From: an uncultured Gammaproteobacteria bacterium
Lineage (GTDB): Bacteria > Patescibacteriota > Patescibacteriia > Patescibacteriales > CAYTAV01
Assembly (NCBI GenBank): GCA_964435875.1
Contig: CAYTAV010000001.1
Coordinates: 2,318-66,317, forward strand
Length of the DNA: 64,000 nucleotides
Direction of reading: 5' to 3'
The translations under genes and the position numbers were made by a program. Under the pieces are notes generated by a model. That model was given only the letters and a program-made list of their open reading frames with translations, did not search any database and was not told where the DNA came from. The stretch's first letter is position 1; every line of letters begins with the position of its first letter. Below are positions 51,847 through 61,132 of this stretch, piece by piece.

Positions 51847-51968
51847 CGTTAATTCCGGATTTTGACCATGTTTATGGATCGGTTTTGACTGAATGAGGCG
51901 TTGTGATATAATATGCAGTCAATGCTATCCAACAGGCGGATGAAGCGAAGCTGGCTTGGCAAGCTGTT

Positions 51969-54713
51969 ATGGAACAATACATCAAATATACATCGAAATA
52001 TCATGCAATCCTGCTCATGTCCGTGGCAATCGCGGTTTTTTACCTTGTCAGCCATTCCAGCTACCTCCTTTTCCATTTTTTAGTCGAAATCATAGGAGTC
52101 GTCGTCGCAGTTGCGGCGTTTTTTATAGTATGGAATTCTTGGCATTACATCGAAAATAACTATTTTCTCCTGGTTGGCGTTTCGTTCGTTTTTACGAGCT
52201 TCATCGACCTATTGCATCTGCTCGCCTATCGGGGGGTGAACCTCGTCGGTAATCCCGGAGACGCTGATCTGCCGATGCAGCTTTGGGTCGCGGCGCGAAC
52301 AGTATCCTCTCTTTCTTTTGCCGTCGCGCCCTACCTGGTCGGCAGGACTGCATACAAGACCAGGCATTTGTTTGTAATATATTTTATTGCCACGACAGGG
52401 CTGGTTGCTTCGATTTTTTATTTCAGGAACTTCCCACTAGCTTATACCGAAGACGGGGGGTTGACCGGCTTCAAGATCGCGATGGAGGGAGTGATCACGT
52501 TGCTTTATGCCGGCGGGGTACTAGGCTTGTATCTCAAGCGCATGCATTTCGACTCGAGAGTGCGTAATCTTATCATTTCAGCGCTGGTTATGCAGATAAC
52601 CAGGGAGATCGCCTTCACCGTCTATGCTGAACCCGGCGACCGGATCAACTTTGCAGGGCATATCCTGCATCTGGTTTCTATCTACCTGCTTTATTTAGGA
52701 ATAGTCGAAGCCTCGCTCATGAAGCCGTATCGGCTGATGTTTAAAAGCTTAAAAGACAGCGAAACCGCCCTAAAAGAAAGCGAAGCCCGTTACCGCTCTC
52801 TGGTCGAAGCTTCTCCTGATGCCATCTTGGTGCATACGCTGGGCACGGTAATGTATGCCAACCCAGCATCTGCCGAACTGTTGGGATACAAAAGTCCGGA
52901 TGTCCTGCTCGGGAAAAATATCTTTGAGATTTTCCATACAGATTCGCATGAAGCGGTCGAAGCCAGAATCGCTTCGGTTAGGAAGGGCGCGAATGAGACT
53001 CCTCTTGCCGAACTTAATGTTGTCCGCAGCGACGGTAAAAAGATCCCGGTCGAAGTAACCGGAAGATCGATCAAATACAAGAACAAACCGTCATTACAGA
53101 CCCTTTTACGTGATATCAGCGATCAGAAGAAGCGCGATTATGAACGCGACGAGCTGACAGCCCAGCTCGCACAGAAGAGCGACAGCATTGAGTTGCTTGC
53201 GGACCGGTTGAAAAAAGAACGCGATATGCTTAAAGTAATAATGGAAAATTCGGGATCGATGCTCGTTTATCTTGACCCCCGCTTCGATTTAATTAATGCG
53301 AATACGACGTTCCTGAGATATAGCGGCTTGACGACGTACGAGATAATCGGCAAGAATTTTTTCGAACTGTTCCCCGACGGGGAAATCAAGGAAATTTTTG
53401 AGCATGTCAGAGCCGCCGGCAAACCGAGGGAATTCAAGGCCCAACTCCTGTCGTTCCCGCGCATGCCAGGCGTCAAAAAGACTTATGCGGATTGGAGCTT
53501 GATACCAATTACTAACATATTCGGCGCCGTAGAAGGCCTTGTCCTTTCCTTGCAGGACGTTACCGAGAGAATCTCGAACGAGATCGAACTTAGGAGCCAT
53601 GCTGATCAACTGGAAAGGCTTTCGGTCGAACTTAGCAAGTTCCGCATGGCTGTCGATAACGCGGCAGACCACGTCGTAATTACCGACAAGGAAGGCAAGA
53701 TAATCTACGCTAATGACGCAGCCGAAAGGATTACCGGTTATGCGAAGCATGAAATGATAGGACGCTCTCCGGCTCTCTGGGGCAATAGAACCAGGATGTC
53801 TGACGGCCAGGGTACTTATACCGAGGCGTCGGTCTGGCAGGATCTTGGGCAGTCCGAGACTTTTGAAGGCGAGGTCTTAAATATCAGGAAGGATGGGACA
53901 AATTATATTGCTGATCTGCATATCGCTCCTGTTTATTCAGAAGAGGGCGAAACAGTCTTTTTTATCGCGATCGAGCGGGACGTGACCAAGATCAAAGAAA
54001 TCGACAGGGCTAAGGACGAATTCATCTCTTTCGCATCCCATCAGTTACGGACTCCGCTGACTAGTGTCAGCCTTTCTGCTGAACTGCTTCTTCGCGGGAT
54101 CATGGGCAATGTCGAAGATAAGCAGAAGAAATACTTGCTGGAGATTTACAAATCGACGCATCATATGGCCGAGCTGGTCAATACGCTGTTGAACGTATCG
54201 CGAATCGAAATGGGAACATTTGTTATAAAAAGAGAAGAGCTCGATTTGACCGAAAAGGTCGGGCGCATCCTTGAGGATATGTATTTACAAATCCGCCATA
54301 AGCGGCTAATATTGGATACGCAATATCAAGATAGCATGCCGACCGTCTATTTCGATAAGAACATACTGCGTATCGCGCTTGAGAATCTGGTATCCAACGC
54401 TATCCGCTATACTCCGGAAGGAGGGATCATCAGGGTTGAAATCGCACAAAGCGGCGTTGAGACGATCATTTCTGTGAAAGATTCTGGCTGCGGGATTCCG
54501 GAAGAAGCCCGTCCGTACATATTCCTTAAGTCTTACAGGGCTTCGAATGCGCGCAATCTTAGCGCTGACGGATTGGGCCTCGGGCTGTATATCGCGAAAT
54601 GGGTGATTGAGAAAGCAGGAGGCCGCATCTGGTTCGATTCAATCGAGGGTTCAGGATCCATCTTCCATATCGCGATACCCGCGTCAATCGAAGATATTAA
54701 CGATGCCGAATGA
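51969..54713 (+). CDS. Sensor histidine kinase (MASE3-like membrane domain, multiple PAS, HisKA, HATPase)
   Basis: About 7-8 TM helices with an H..VE......A.F...W start. Several PAS units. H-box SFASHQLRTPLTSV, N-box LVSNAIRYT, and G-boxes DSGCGI and GLGLGL. Confidence 0.85.
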   Translation: MEQYIKYTSKYHAILLMSVAIAVFYLVSHSSYLLFHFLVEIIGVVVAVAAFFIVWNSWHYIENNYFLLVGVSFVFTSFIDLLHLLAYRGVNLVGNPGDADLPMQLWVAARTVSSLSFAVAPYLVGRTAYKTRHLFVIYFIATTGLVASIFYFRNFPLAYTEDGGLTGFKIAMEGVITLLYAGGVLGLYLKRMHFDSRVRNLIISALVMQITREIAFTVYAEPGDRINFAGHILHLVSIYLLYLGIVEASLMKPYRLMFKSLKDSETALKESEARYRSLVEASPDAILVHTLGTVMYANPASAELLGYKSPDVLLGKNIFEIFHTDSHEAVEARIASVRKGANETPLAELNVVRSDGKKIPVEVTGRSIKYKNKPSLQTLLRDISDQKKRDYERDELTAQLAQKSDSIELLADRLKKERDMLKVIMENSGSMLVYLDPRFDLINANTTFLRYSGLTTYEIIGKNFFELFPDGEIKEIFEHVRAAGKPREFKAQLLSFPRMPGVKKTYADWSLIPITNIFGAVEGLVLSLQDVTERISNEIELRSHADQLERLSVELSKFRMAVDNAADHVVITDKEGKIIYANDAAERITGYAKHEMIGRSPALWGNRTRMSDGQGTYTEASVWQDLGQSETFEGEVLNIRKDGTNYIADLHIAPVYSEEGETVFFIAIERDVTKIKEIDRAKDEFISFASHQLRTPLTSVSLSAELLLRGIMGNVEDKQKKYLLEIYKSTHHMAELVNTLLNVSRIEMGTFVIKREELDLTEKVGRILEDMYLQIRHKRLILDTQYQDSMPTVYFDKNILRIALENLVSNAIRYTPEGGIIRVEIAQSGVETIISVKDSGCGIPEEARPYIFLKSYRASNARNLSADGLGLGLYIAKWVIEKAGGRIWFDSIEGSGSIFHIAIPASIEDINDAE

Positions 54714-56796
54714 CTATATGGACAACGAGGAGAAATACAAATCAACTGAAATAGTTAATCGCGGCGACAGCGCGGGCGATAAAGCGGGTGATTATGAGCG
54801 CTTGAAAACCGATTTGGCAGAGATTGAATCAAAGTACCGTATCGTAGCCGAACATACCTATGATTGGGAATTTTGGATCGATCCTGCGGGATCGTTCCTC
54901 TACTGTTCGCCTTCCTGCGAGAGGATATCGGGCAGGAAAGCCGAAGAGTTTTTGAAAAACCCTGACCTGTTCCAGGACATCGTGCATCCCGACGATACGG
55001 ATGAAATGAGGAAGCACAGGGATAAGATAGCCGAGTCCAGCAGGCCCGAAGAATTCGAATACAGGGTCATTTGTCCGGATGGAAGGATAAAATGGCTTAA
55101 CCATGTCTGTATGCCCGTTTTTGGCAGGGAGGGGCTTTATCTGGGCAGACGAGGCAGTAATCGCGACATAACTGAACGCAAGCAATTCGAAGAAGTGCTG
55201 AAGACGCAAGCCTTGGTTGTTGAGAACATGGCGGAAGGTGTGTTGGTCGCCGAGGAGGACGGCCAGATCGTTTTCACTAACCCGACGTTCGATTCGCAAT
55301 TCAGCTTTAAACGCGGGGAGCTGGTCGGAAGCAATATTTCCTCGCTGTATGCCGCCGAAAAGCAATATGACGAGGTCATGTCCAGGATCAAGCACGCTCT
55401 GGGAGAAGGTCGCAATTGGACGGGCGAATTGGCCGGCAGGACCAAGGGGGGGGAAGAATTTTTTACATATGCCAGAGTCAGCCGCCTGCAGGTTTTCGGG
55501 AGGAATTACGTAATTTATGTTCAGGAGAATATCACTGACCGGAGGATTTCTGAAAATGCTTTGAGGGATAGCGAACAGCGCTTCCGGGCGATTTTCAACC
55601 AAGCTGCCCTAGGGATTGTGCTGGCGAACATGGAAGGCCGTCCGATCGAAGCTAATAAGGCTTTCAGCGAAATGATCGGCTACTCCAAAGAGGATCTTAA
55701 GGCTATGACTTTTCTTGATTTCACTCATCCCGACGACAGAGATCTGGACAAGGAGGCGTTTGACGAGATGAAGTCCGGCTTGCGCGAAAGCTACAGCCTC
55801 GAAAAGCGTTATTTTCATAAGGATTCGAGAATCGTCTGGGTGCACGTATCAGTCTCATTGCTGCGCGGGAGGGAAGGCGAACCTGAATTCACGATCGGAG
55901 TTGTAACGGACATATCTTCAAGAAAAACGGCGGAAAGCGACCGGGAACAATTGCTTGAAGAGGTTTCAAAAAAGAATGTCGACATCGCTAGATTAGCCGC
56001 TTACCTCGAGAAGGAGCGCGATCTCTTGCAGACGATCATGGAAAATGCGGGAGCGAAGATCATGCGTCTCGGAGCGGATTTCATAATCAAGGACGTCAAT
56101 AAGGAGCTGGAAAAAAGCCTTGGCATGAGACGCGACGAACTGGTTGGCGCCAACTATTTCTACCTTTTTCCCGATGATGAACGCGAAAAAGAATTCGTTA
56201 CAGCGAGGGATGGGGGGGTGATCATGAAGGGCAAGGGTGGATCAATGCATGCAGCCGGCAGGAATCAAGGCAAAGCCGCATATTACGATTGGACGCTCAT
56301 ACCGGTCGCCGGCCCCGGGGGCAGGGTCGAAGGGCTGGTGCTTTCGCTATTCGATGTGACCGAAAGGATAACCAGGGAATTAAGCCTTAAGCTTAACGCC
56401 GAAAAACTCGATCTTGCGGCTAATGATCTAAAAAAATTCAGAGCAGCCGCAGATGCATCTTCGGATATTATCGTTATTACAGGATCGGACAAGCGTATCA
56501 TATATGCGAATTTACAGGCTCAGCTTGCGACGGGTTATACATTCGAAGAAATGGCGGGCAAGACGCCGGCGTTATGGCAGAGCAGCCGCAGACCAGATAA
56601 CGAGTTCCACGGCGGGAAAGAAAGCGTCTGGCAGGGGTCAGGCATGCTTTCCCGCCAGTTCAAGGGCACTCTGTATAATCGCGACAAGCATGGCAGGCAT
56701 TACCGGTCTCAAGCACATATTTTTCCGGTCGTCGACGAGCTTGGGGTAATAAGGCATTATGTTTCAGTCGAACGACCCGATAACCAGGAACAATAA
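54703..56796 (+). CDS. Multi-PAS protein without a kinase core (paralog of the upstream kinase sensor region)
   Basis: 4-5 PAS-like units. Long colinear similarity to aa ~420-690 of the upstream kinase. It ends right where the kinase H-box would begin. The ATG overlaps the kinase stop by 11 nt. Confidence 0.7.
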   Translation: MPNDYMDNEEKYKSTEIVNRGDSAGDKAGDYERLKTDLAEIESKYRIVAEHTYDWEFWIDPAGSFLYCSPSCERISGRKAEEFLKNPDLFQDIVHPDDTDEMRKHRDKIAESSRPEEFEYRVICPDGRIKWLNHVCMPVFGREGLYLGRRGSNRDITERKQFEEVLKTQALVVENMAEGVLVAEEDGQIVFTNPTFDSQFSFKRGELVGSNISSLYAAEKQYDEVMSRIKHALGEGRNWTGELAGRTKGGEEFFTYARVSRLQVFGRNYVIYVQENITDRRISENALRDSEQRFRAIFNQAALGIVLANMEGRPIEANKAFSEMIGYSKEDLKAMTFLDFTHPDDRDLDKEAFDEMKSGLRESYSLEKRYFHKDSRIVWVHVSVSLLRGREGEPEFTIGVVTDISSRKTAESDREQLLEEVSKKNVDIARLAAYLEKERDLLQTIMENAGAKIMRLGADFIIKDVNKELEKSLGMRRDELVGANYFYLFPDDEREKEFVTARDGGVIMKGKGGSMHAAGRNQGKAAYYDWTLIPVAGPGGRVEGLVLSLFDVTERITRELSLKLNAEKLDLAANDLKKFRAAADASSDIIVITGSDKRIIYANLQAQLATGYTFEEMAGKTPALWQSSRRPDNEFHGGKESVWQGSGMLSRQFKGTLYNRDKHGRHYRSQAHIFPVVDELGVIRHYVSVERPDNQEQ

Positions 56797-56806
56797 ATAA
56801 CAACAG

Positions 56807-56834
56807 AAAACGCCCCCTAAAAAGGGGGCGTTTT
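56807..56834. terminator. Bidirectional terminator
   Basis: AAAACGCCCCC-taaaaa-GGGGGCGTTTT. Confidence 0.75.
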
Positions 56835-56844
56835 GCAGCATGCT

Positions 56845-57516
56845 TTAGCTATTGATGCGGTAGCCGGCACCGCGCACTGTTTCTAGCAGCCGGCCGTTCT
56901 TATCCCCGATTTTTTTCCGTAGATTCGTAATATGCACATCGACTACGTTGGAAAAGGAATCAAAAGCGAAGTCCCAGATATTGGAGATTATCTGCTCCCT
57001 TCCCAGAACCTGGTTAGGGTGCCGCATGAGATATTCAAGCAGAGAGAATTCTTTCAGGGTCAGGCGTATTTCCTTGTTCGCTCGGAAAACTTTCTTCGTG
57101 ACAGGATTCAAGACGATATCCTGCAAGCGGAGTTCGGTCGGCAGCGAAGTCTGCGGCCTTCTTAATATCGCCCTGATGCGAGCCAGCAGGACTTCGAAAG
57201 TGAAAGGTTTGACTAGGTAATCGTCAGCTCCGACATTAAGGCCGGCGATAATATCATCTACGCCGTCTTTGGCAGTTAGCATCAGTATAGGCGTCGAAAT
57301 CTTTTTTTCCCTCGCTTCCTTGCAGATTTCCATCCCTCCTTTCTTGGGAAGCATGAGGTCGAGTATGATGAGATCGTAATCTTCATGGTTGAGTTCGATT
57401 CGCAGTTGTCCGGATTCTCCGTCCAGGCAAAAATCAACGGCAAAACCTTCTGCTTCCAAGCCGTCCTTGATCAGATGAGCGAGGTTTTCCTGGTCTTCGA
57501 TTACCAAAATCCGCAT
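56845..57516 (-). CDS. OmpR/PhoB-family response regulator
   Basis: REC domain (MRILVIEDQ...LIILDLMLP...K) and a winged-helix output (LT.KEF.LLEYLM....V..R..I....W.......NVVDVHI.NLRKKI......T.RG.GY.I). Confidence 0.9.
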   Translation of the reverse strand: MRILVIEDQENLAHLIKDGLEAEGFAVDFCLDGESGQLRIELNHEDYDLIILDLMLPKKGGMEICKEAREKKISTPILMLTAKDGVDDIIAGLNVGADDYLVKPFTFEVLLARIRAILRRPQTSLPTELRLQDIVLNPVTKKVFRANKEIRLTLKEFSLLEYLMRHPNQVLGREQIISNIWDFAFDSFSNVVDVHITNLRKKIGDKNGRLLETVRGAGYRINS

Positions 57517-57623
57517 AATTTAAGAGGTAGCCGTCGTAAAATATAATTCCGGAATATTCGCGGAATGTCAAATTAATCTTATAGAATTTAGATTAAAAAA
57601 AGATGAAGGATGGAGGTGATATT

Positions 57624-59459
57624 TCAGATAAGCAAGAGCAGCAGGAGCATTCCGATCAGTCCCAGGGTTGCCGCGATAATATGCGGGTGTTGGCGCTTGA
57701 TTTCGATAAGTATGTTCAGAGACAGGAAGAAGCAGGCGGCAATCAAGAGCAATTTATAATACCAGGCGCTTAAAGCGAACAATGGTCTGAGGACCTCTGG
57801 CTGATTGCGGGAGGCGAAAAGATAATCTTTGAGCACAGATTGCTCCACGGGTAGCGTCGCTTTCCATCCAATTTGCGATTGGCTCTCGTTGCCTGCTTGA
57901 TCCGCTGCTTTCAATGCGCCCGGCGTATAGGGCGGCAAGGAATCCGATTTTTTTCTAAATATGATTAACGAACCGGACCATTTGCCCTGACCAGGATCCT
58001 CGTTGCTGAGTGAAAAGCTGTAGTTGTTCCAGGAAGCATCGACGGATCTCGTATCACGGTCCGCATATGCGATGCAATTGAGTACCAGCATGCTGTCTCC
58101 CGGCGGCTTTTCTAGCCAAAAGAAACTCCTGGCCCCGTCAATAGACGGAGGTGTCGTATCGATCGTGTAAGTATAGGTTGCTGTCGTACTCGAATAATTG
58201 TCGCTTCCTGCTGAAACCAGGCTGATTTTATGGGTGCCATCGGGAAGATTGGTGCTGATGTTCGCGTAGTTCCAGTCGCCTTTGTCCTGGCTGGCGATCA
58301 GAACCCCGTTGTCATACAGTTCGAGCCGCCCCGGGTTGGGGGCGAATATCGTATATGTTACGTCGCTATTCGTCAGGAGCGCACCATCCAGCGGGAAAAT
58401 GATGACAGCCGAGCTGGAGGAAGCGGGTAATAAATCAGCGGACATTGAAATTTTGCTGCCCGAAACGCGGGTTTCCGCCAGCCCGTCTTTTCCAGTGCCT
58501 TCAGCCGATACTTTATAGCCTGTCAATCCTGGCCTGATGGGCCGGATATCAACCTGTTTACGTACAGTTGAAGAGTTTTTGCGCGTGCCATTTTTCGCCG
58601 GAGCCGCAAAAAATTGGACGACAAGCGTGCTTTCAAACCCTCCCCAGGATCCGCTGGTCATGCCGACCCCGATCTCTTGGTAGTCGCTGTCTATCAGATT
58701 AGCAAAATGCGTTGGACTCTGTACCCAGCCGTTGACAACATCCTCTGCGCTTTCGAACCCCATGGCGAGATTCTCGCCGGCGACCGAGAACGAATATTTG
58801 CTCGTTCGCAGCCAGTCGACTAGCATCTTGTTGTCCGGCCCGATATGCGAGAAATATTGCTTTGCGAGCATGTCTTGAGCTTTTGCGCGGGCGGCTTCCG
58901 TCAGTTTCGCATTCTCTTTCAGCTCAGGAACGCCCTTCTGCCGGCGTAGCTGGTTAGTCAGTTCGATCACGCGCCGGCTTTCTTTCTGCAATATGTCAGG
59001 CGAGAGCCAGGCGACTGCCGGTACGGCCGCGATTACGGTAAAAATGAACGCTTTGATGGCCAGGGAAGAGCAGGCATAGAAGATAATGCGCTTGATCGAA
59101 AGCACGCCCGGCTTATAGTCGTTCCCTGCATGAGGTATGAACATATCTTTCAGCAAGCCGCTGCCCCGGGGGTTGCGGCCGAGCATGACTTCCCGGCCGT
59201 CGCTGATCCCGTCGCCGTCCGTATCAGCCCTCAAGGGGTCGGTGCCGAATATTTTCAACTCTGCAAAATCAGAAATCCCGTCGCCGTCCGTATCAACCCT
59301 TAAGGGGTCGGTACCGAATTCTAATTCTTCACTGTCGGTCAAACCGTCGCCATCGGAGTCTTTTCGCTTACGTTTTAGCGGCTTATTTCCGTGAAACAAG
59401 GTTTTTTCCTGCTTGATGGCGCTTTTCTTGCCCGACTTAGTCTTTTTTTCTTTATCCAT
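57624..59459 (-). CDS. CAP/SCP (YkwD-like) domain membrane protein with N-terminal thrombospondin-type-3 calcium-binding repeats and an Ig-like region
   Basis: DSDGDGLTDSEE..FGTDP...DTDGDGISD x3, then a TM helix. CAP block N..R...G...L......L...A...A..M....YFSH........GEN.A.G......V..GW..SP.H..N......EIGVG. C-terminal TM helices. Confidence 0.7.
   Translation of the reverse strand: MDKEKKTKSGKKSAIKQEKTLFHGNKPLKRKRKDSDGDGLTDSEELEFGTDPLRVDTDGDGISDFAELKIFGTDPLRADTDGDGISDGREVMLGRNPRGSGLLKDMFIPHAGNDYKPGVLSIKRIIFYACSSLAIKAFIFTVIAAVPAVAWLSPDILQKESRRVIELTNQLRRQKGVPELKENAKLTEAARAKAQDMLAKQYFSHIGPDNKMLVDWLRTSKYSFSVAGENLAMGFESAEDVVNGWVQSPTHFANLIDSDYQEIGVGMTSGSWGGFESTLVVQFFAAPAKNGTRKNSSTVRKQVDIRPIRPGLTGYKVSAEGTGKDGLAETRVSGSKISMSADLLPASSSSAVIIFPLDGALLTNSDVTYTIFAPNPGRLELYDNGVLIASQDKGDWNYANISTNLPDGTHKISLVSAGSDNYSSTTATYTYTIDTTPPSIDGARSFFWLEKPPGDSMLVLNCIAYADRDTRSVDASWNNYSFSLSNEDPGQGKWSGSLIIFRKKSDSLPPYTPGALKAADQAGNESQSQIGWKATLPVEQSVLKDYLFASRNQPEVLRPLFALSAWYYKLLLIAACFFLSLNILIEIKRQHPHIIAATLGLIGMLLLLLLI
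59196..59360 (-). repeat. Coding repeats for TSP3-like DxDxDGxxDxxE units
   Basis: Near-identical stretches are visible in the DNA (…gtcgccgtccgtatca…cttaaggggtcggt…). Confidence 0.7.
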
Positions 59460-59503
59460 AAATCAAAAATGATCCGCTTAGGAATGATCTAATTATACCA
59501 GAA

Positions 59504-59531
59504 TTGACAAAAAATAGGAAAATATTATCAT
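59504..59531 (+). promoter_or_regulatory. Sigma-70-like promoter candidate for the tRNA array
   Basis: TTGACA (59504-59509), a 16-nt spacer, then TATCAT (59526-59531). Confidence 0.35.
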
Positions 59532-59665
59532 ATCATTACCCTTGCCTTCATCAGGATAATTTGTTATAGTGGTATCGAGTTCGAGGACTTATTTTTATTT
59601 TACCTATAAGCAATAATCAAAATCCTATCCGATCGGACCGCAGATGCCGGGCGCATATCGAAAGC

Positions 59666-59739
59666 GGGCAATTAGCTCAGTTGGTTAGAGCGCAACACTG
59701 ATAATGTTGAGGTCGGAGGTTCGACTCCTCCATTGCCCA
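59666..59739 (+). tRNA. tRNA-Ile (GAT)
   Basis: GGGCAAT-TA-GCTC-AGTTGGTTA-GAGC-G-CAACA-CTGATAA-TGTTG-AGGTC-GGAGG-TTCGACT-CCTCC-ATTGCCC-A. Confidence 0.9.
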
Positions 59740-59839
59740 CCGAATAGTAAAAGTCTAAAGTGTCAAGTTAAAAGCTGTTGTTTTTTGAATTTTTTCAATA
59801 TGATTTTGCACCTTTTACTTTCTATCTAAATTATTTTAT

Positions 59840-59912
59840 AGCGGGGTAGAGCAGCTGGCAGCTCGCCAGGCCCATAACCTGGAGGCCGTGGGTTCGAATC
59901 CCACCCCCGCAA
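59840..59912 (+). tRNA. Initiator tRNA-fMet (CAT)
   Basis: Nearly colinear with E. coli tRNA-fMet: AGCGGGG-TA-GAGC-AGCTGGCA-GCTC-G-CCAGG-CCCATAA-CCTGG-AGGCC-GTGGG-TTCGAAT-CCCAC-CCCCGCA-A. It has a 1:72 mismatch and A11:U24. Confidence 0.85.
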
Positions 59913-59992
59913 CATCGATGATGCCGGATAGTGGATGATGACTGCCGGATTGATAAAGCGACATTCGCTGTTCATCATTCAGCATTTATTTT

Positions 59993-60064
59993 GCCTCGGT
60001 AGCTCAGTGGTAGAGCAAATGACTGAAAATCATTGTGTCGTCAGTTCAATTCTGACCCGAGGCA
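59993..60064 (+). tRNA. tRNA-Phe (GAA)
   Basis: GCCTCGG-TA-GCTC-AGTGGTA-GAGC-A-AATGA-CTGAAAA-TCATT-GTGTC-GTCAG-TTCAATT-CTGAC-CCGAGGC-A. Confidence 0.9.
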
Positions 60065-60147
60065 CAGTAGATTTTTGTTTTTTGAAGCTAAATTATCAAT
60101 ACTGATGTAGCATCCAAGATCAATAATCCAGAATACAGTGTGCATCC

Positions 60148-60219
60148 CGGGGTGTCGTATACCGGCTAGTACGCATGCTTTGGGAGCATGTTGACTGGGT
60201 TCAATTCCCAGCACCCCGA
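60148..60219 (+). tRNA. tRNA-Pro (TGG)
   Basis: CGGGGTG-TC-GTAT-ACCGGCTA-GTAC-G-CATGC-TTTGGGA-GCATG-TTGA-CTGGG-TTCAATT-CCCAG-CACCCCG-A. Confidence 0.85.
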
Positions 60220-60316
60220 CAGAATAATTAAGGATCAGCGGTTTAGGAACGATAAAAGCCAGGTGAAATAAATTGTGTTAATCAGAAATCAAAAAACACA
60301 AATCAAGAATATTCTC

Positions 60317-60388
60317 GCGGGTATAGTATAGTGGCTTTTATGACAGCCTTCCAAGCTGTAGAGGGGGGTTCGATTCCCCCTACCCGCT
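60317..60388 (+). tRNA. tRNA-Gly (TCC)
   Basis: GCGGGTA-TA-GTAT-AGTGGCTT-TTAT-G-ACAGC-CTTCCAA-GCTGT-AGAG-GGGGG-TTCGATT-CCCCC-TACCCGC-T. The D stem is weak. Confidence 0.8.
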
Positions 60389-60443
60389 CAAAAAAGAACA
60401 GCATGCGCTGTTTTTTTCGTATTTATATTTATTACTATTGCAG

Positions 60444-60998
60444 TCAGATCCGGTCTTTAATAAACCGCCATATTCTATCAAACACCTCACTAGAAGAAAG
60501 TCCGGTAGTATCCACAACCAGGTCATAGTTCTTGCGGTCGTAGACTTTGATCCCGAAGTATTTCCTGTAGCGCAGATCGTCGCTCGCTATCCTTTGGCGG
60601 TAAAGCTTTATGACGTCGCAAAGAGTCTTTATATCAGCCCCCTCGTTGCGGCTGTCTGATATCGATACATCTTTAAAGATCCTCTGCGCCCCGACATTCT
60701 CATCGACATCGAGGAAGATCTTGAGCGAATGCGGAATAAAATGCCAGGATGTGCGGCCTTCGATGATGAAATTATCGCCGCCTTCGCCGAGCTTCTTCTG
60801 GTATTCGTCGACTTCGAGATCGGTCGACGGATCGGTTTCTCCCAGACGGTTGTATGCCTCGAGAGTCATGCCGCGCTGGCGCGCTTTTTCGCGGCGGAGA
60901 CCGCCGATGTAGTAGCGTGGCCAACCCAGCTTATCCGCCAGCATCTTGGCGATAGTCGACTTGCCAGAACCGGGCATCCCGCCGATCGAGATTATCAT
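60444..60998 (-). CDS. Cytidylate-kinase-like (archaeal-type CMP kinase) P-loop NMP kinase
   Basis: MIISIGGMPGSGKSTIAKMLA..LG P-loop, a size of ~180 aa, and an NMP-kinase layout with the central II.EGR block. Confidence 0.55.
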   Translation of the reverse strand: MIISIGGMPGSGKSTIAKMLADKLGWPRYYIGGLRREKARQRGMTLEAYNRLGETDPSTDLEVDEYQKKLGEGGDNFIIEGRTSWHFIPHSLKIFLDVDENVGAQRIFKDVSISDSRNEGADIKTLCDVIKLYRQRIASDDLRYRKYFGIKVYDRKNYDLVVDTTGLSSSEVFDRIWRFIKDRI

Positions 60999-61132
60999 GG
61001 CTTTGGGTATTATATAAATTACGAATATGATTTCCGGAAATATTATAGTCGGTTCAATTCTTGCCTGGATGCTCGGGGCTGGGCGACAGACCTGTCATGA
61101 TGTCCGTCTTTTTTTCGAAAATATAATTAGGT

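Noticed and set aside
60331-60528. A 65-aa plus-strand ORF.
   Set aside because: It overlaps tRNA-Gly (60317-60388) and the 3' end of the minus-strand kinase-like gene, so it is a spurious frame.
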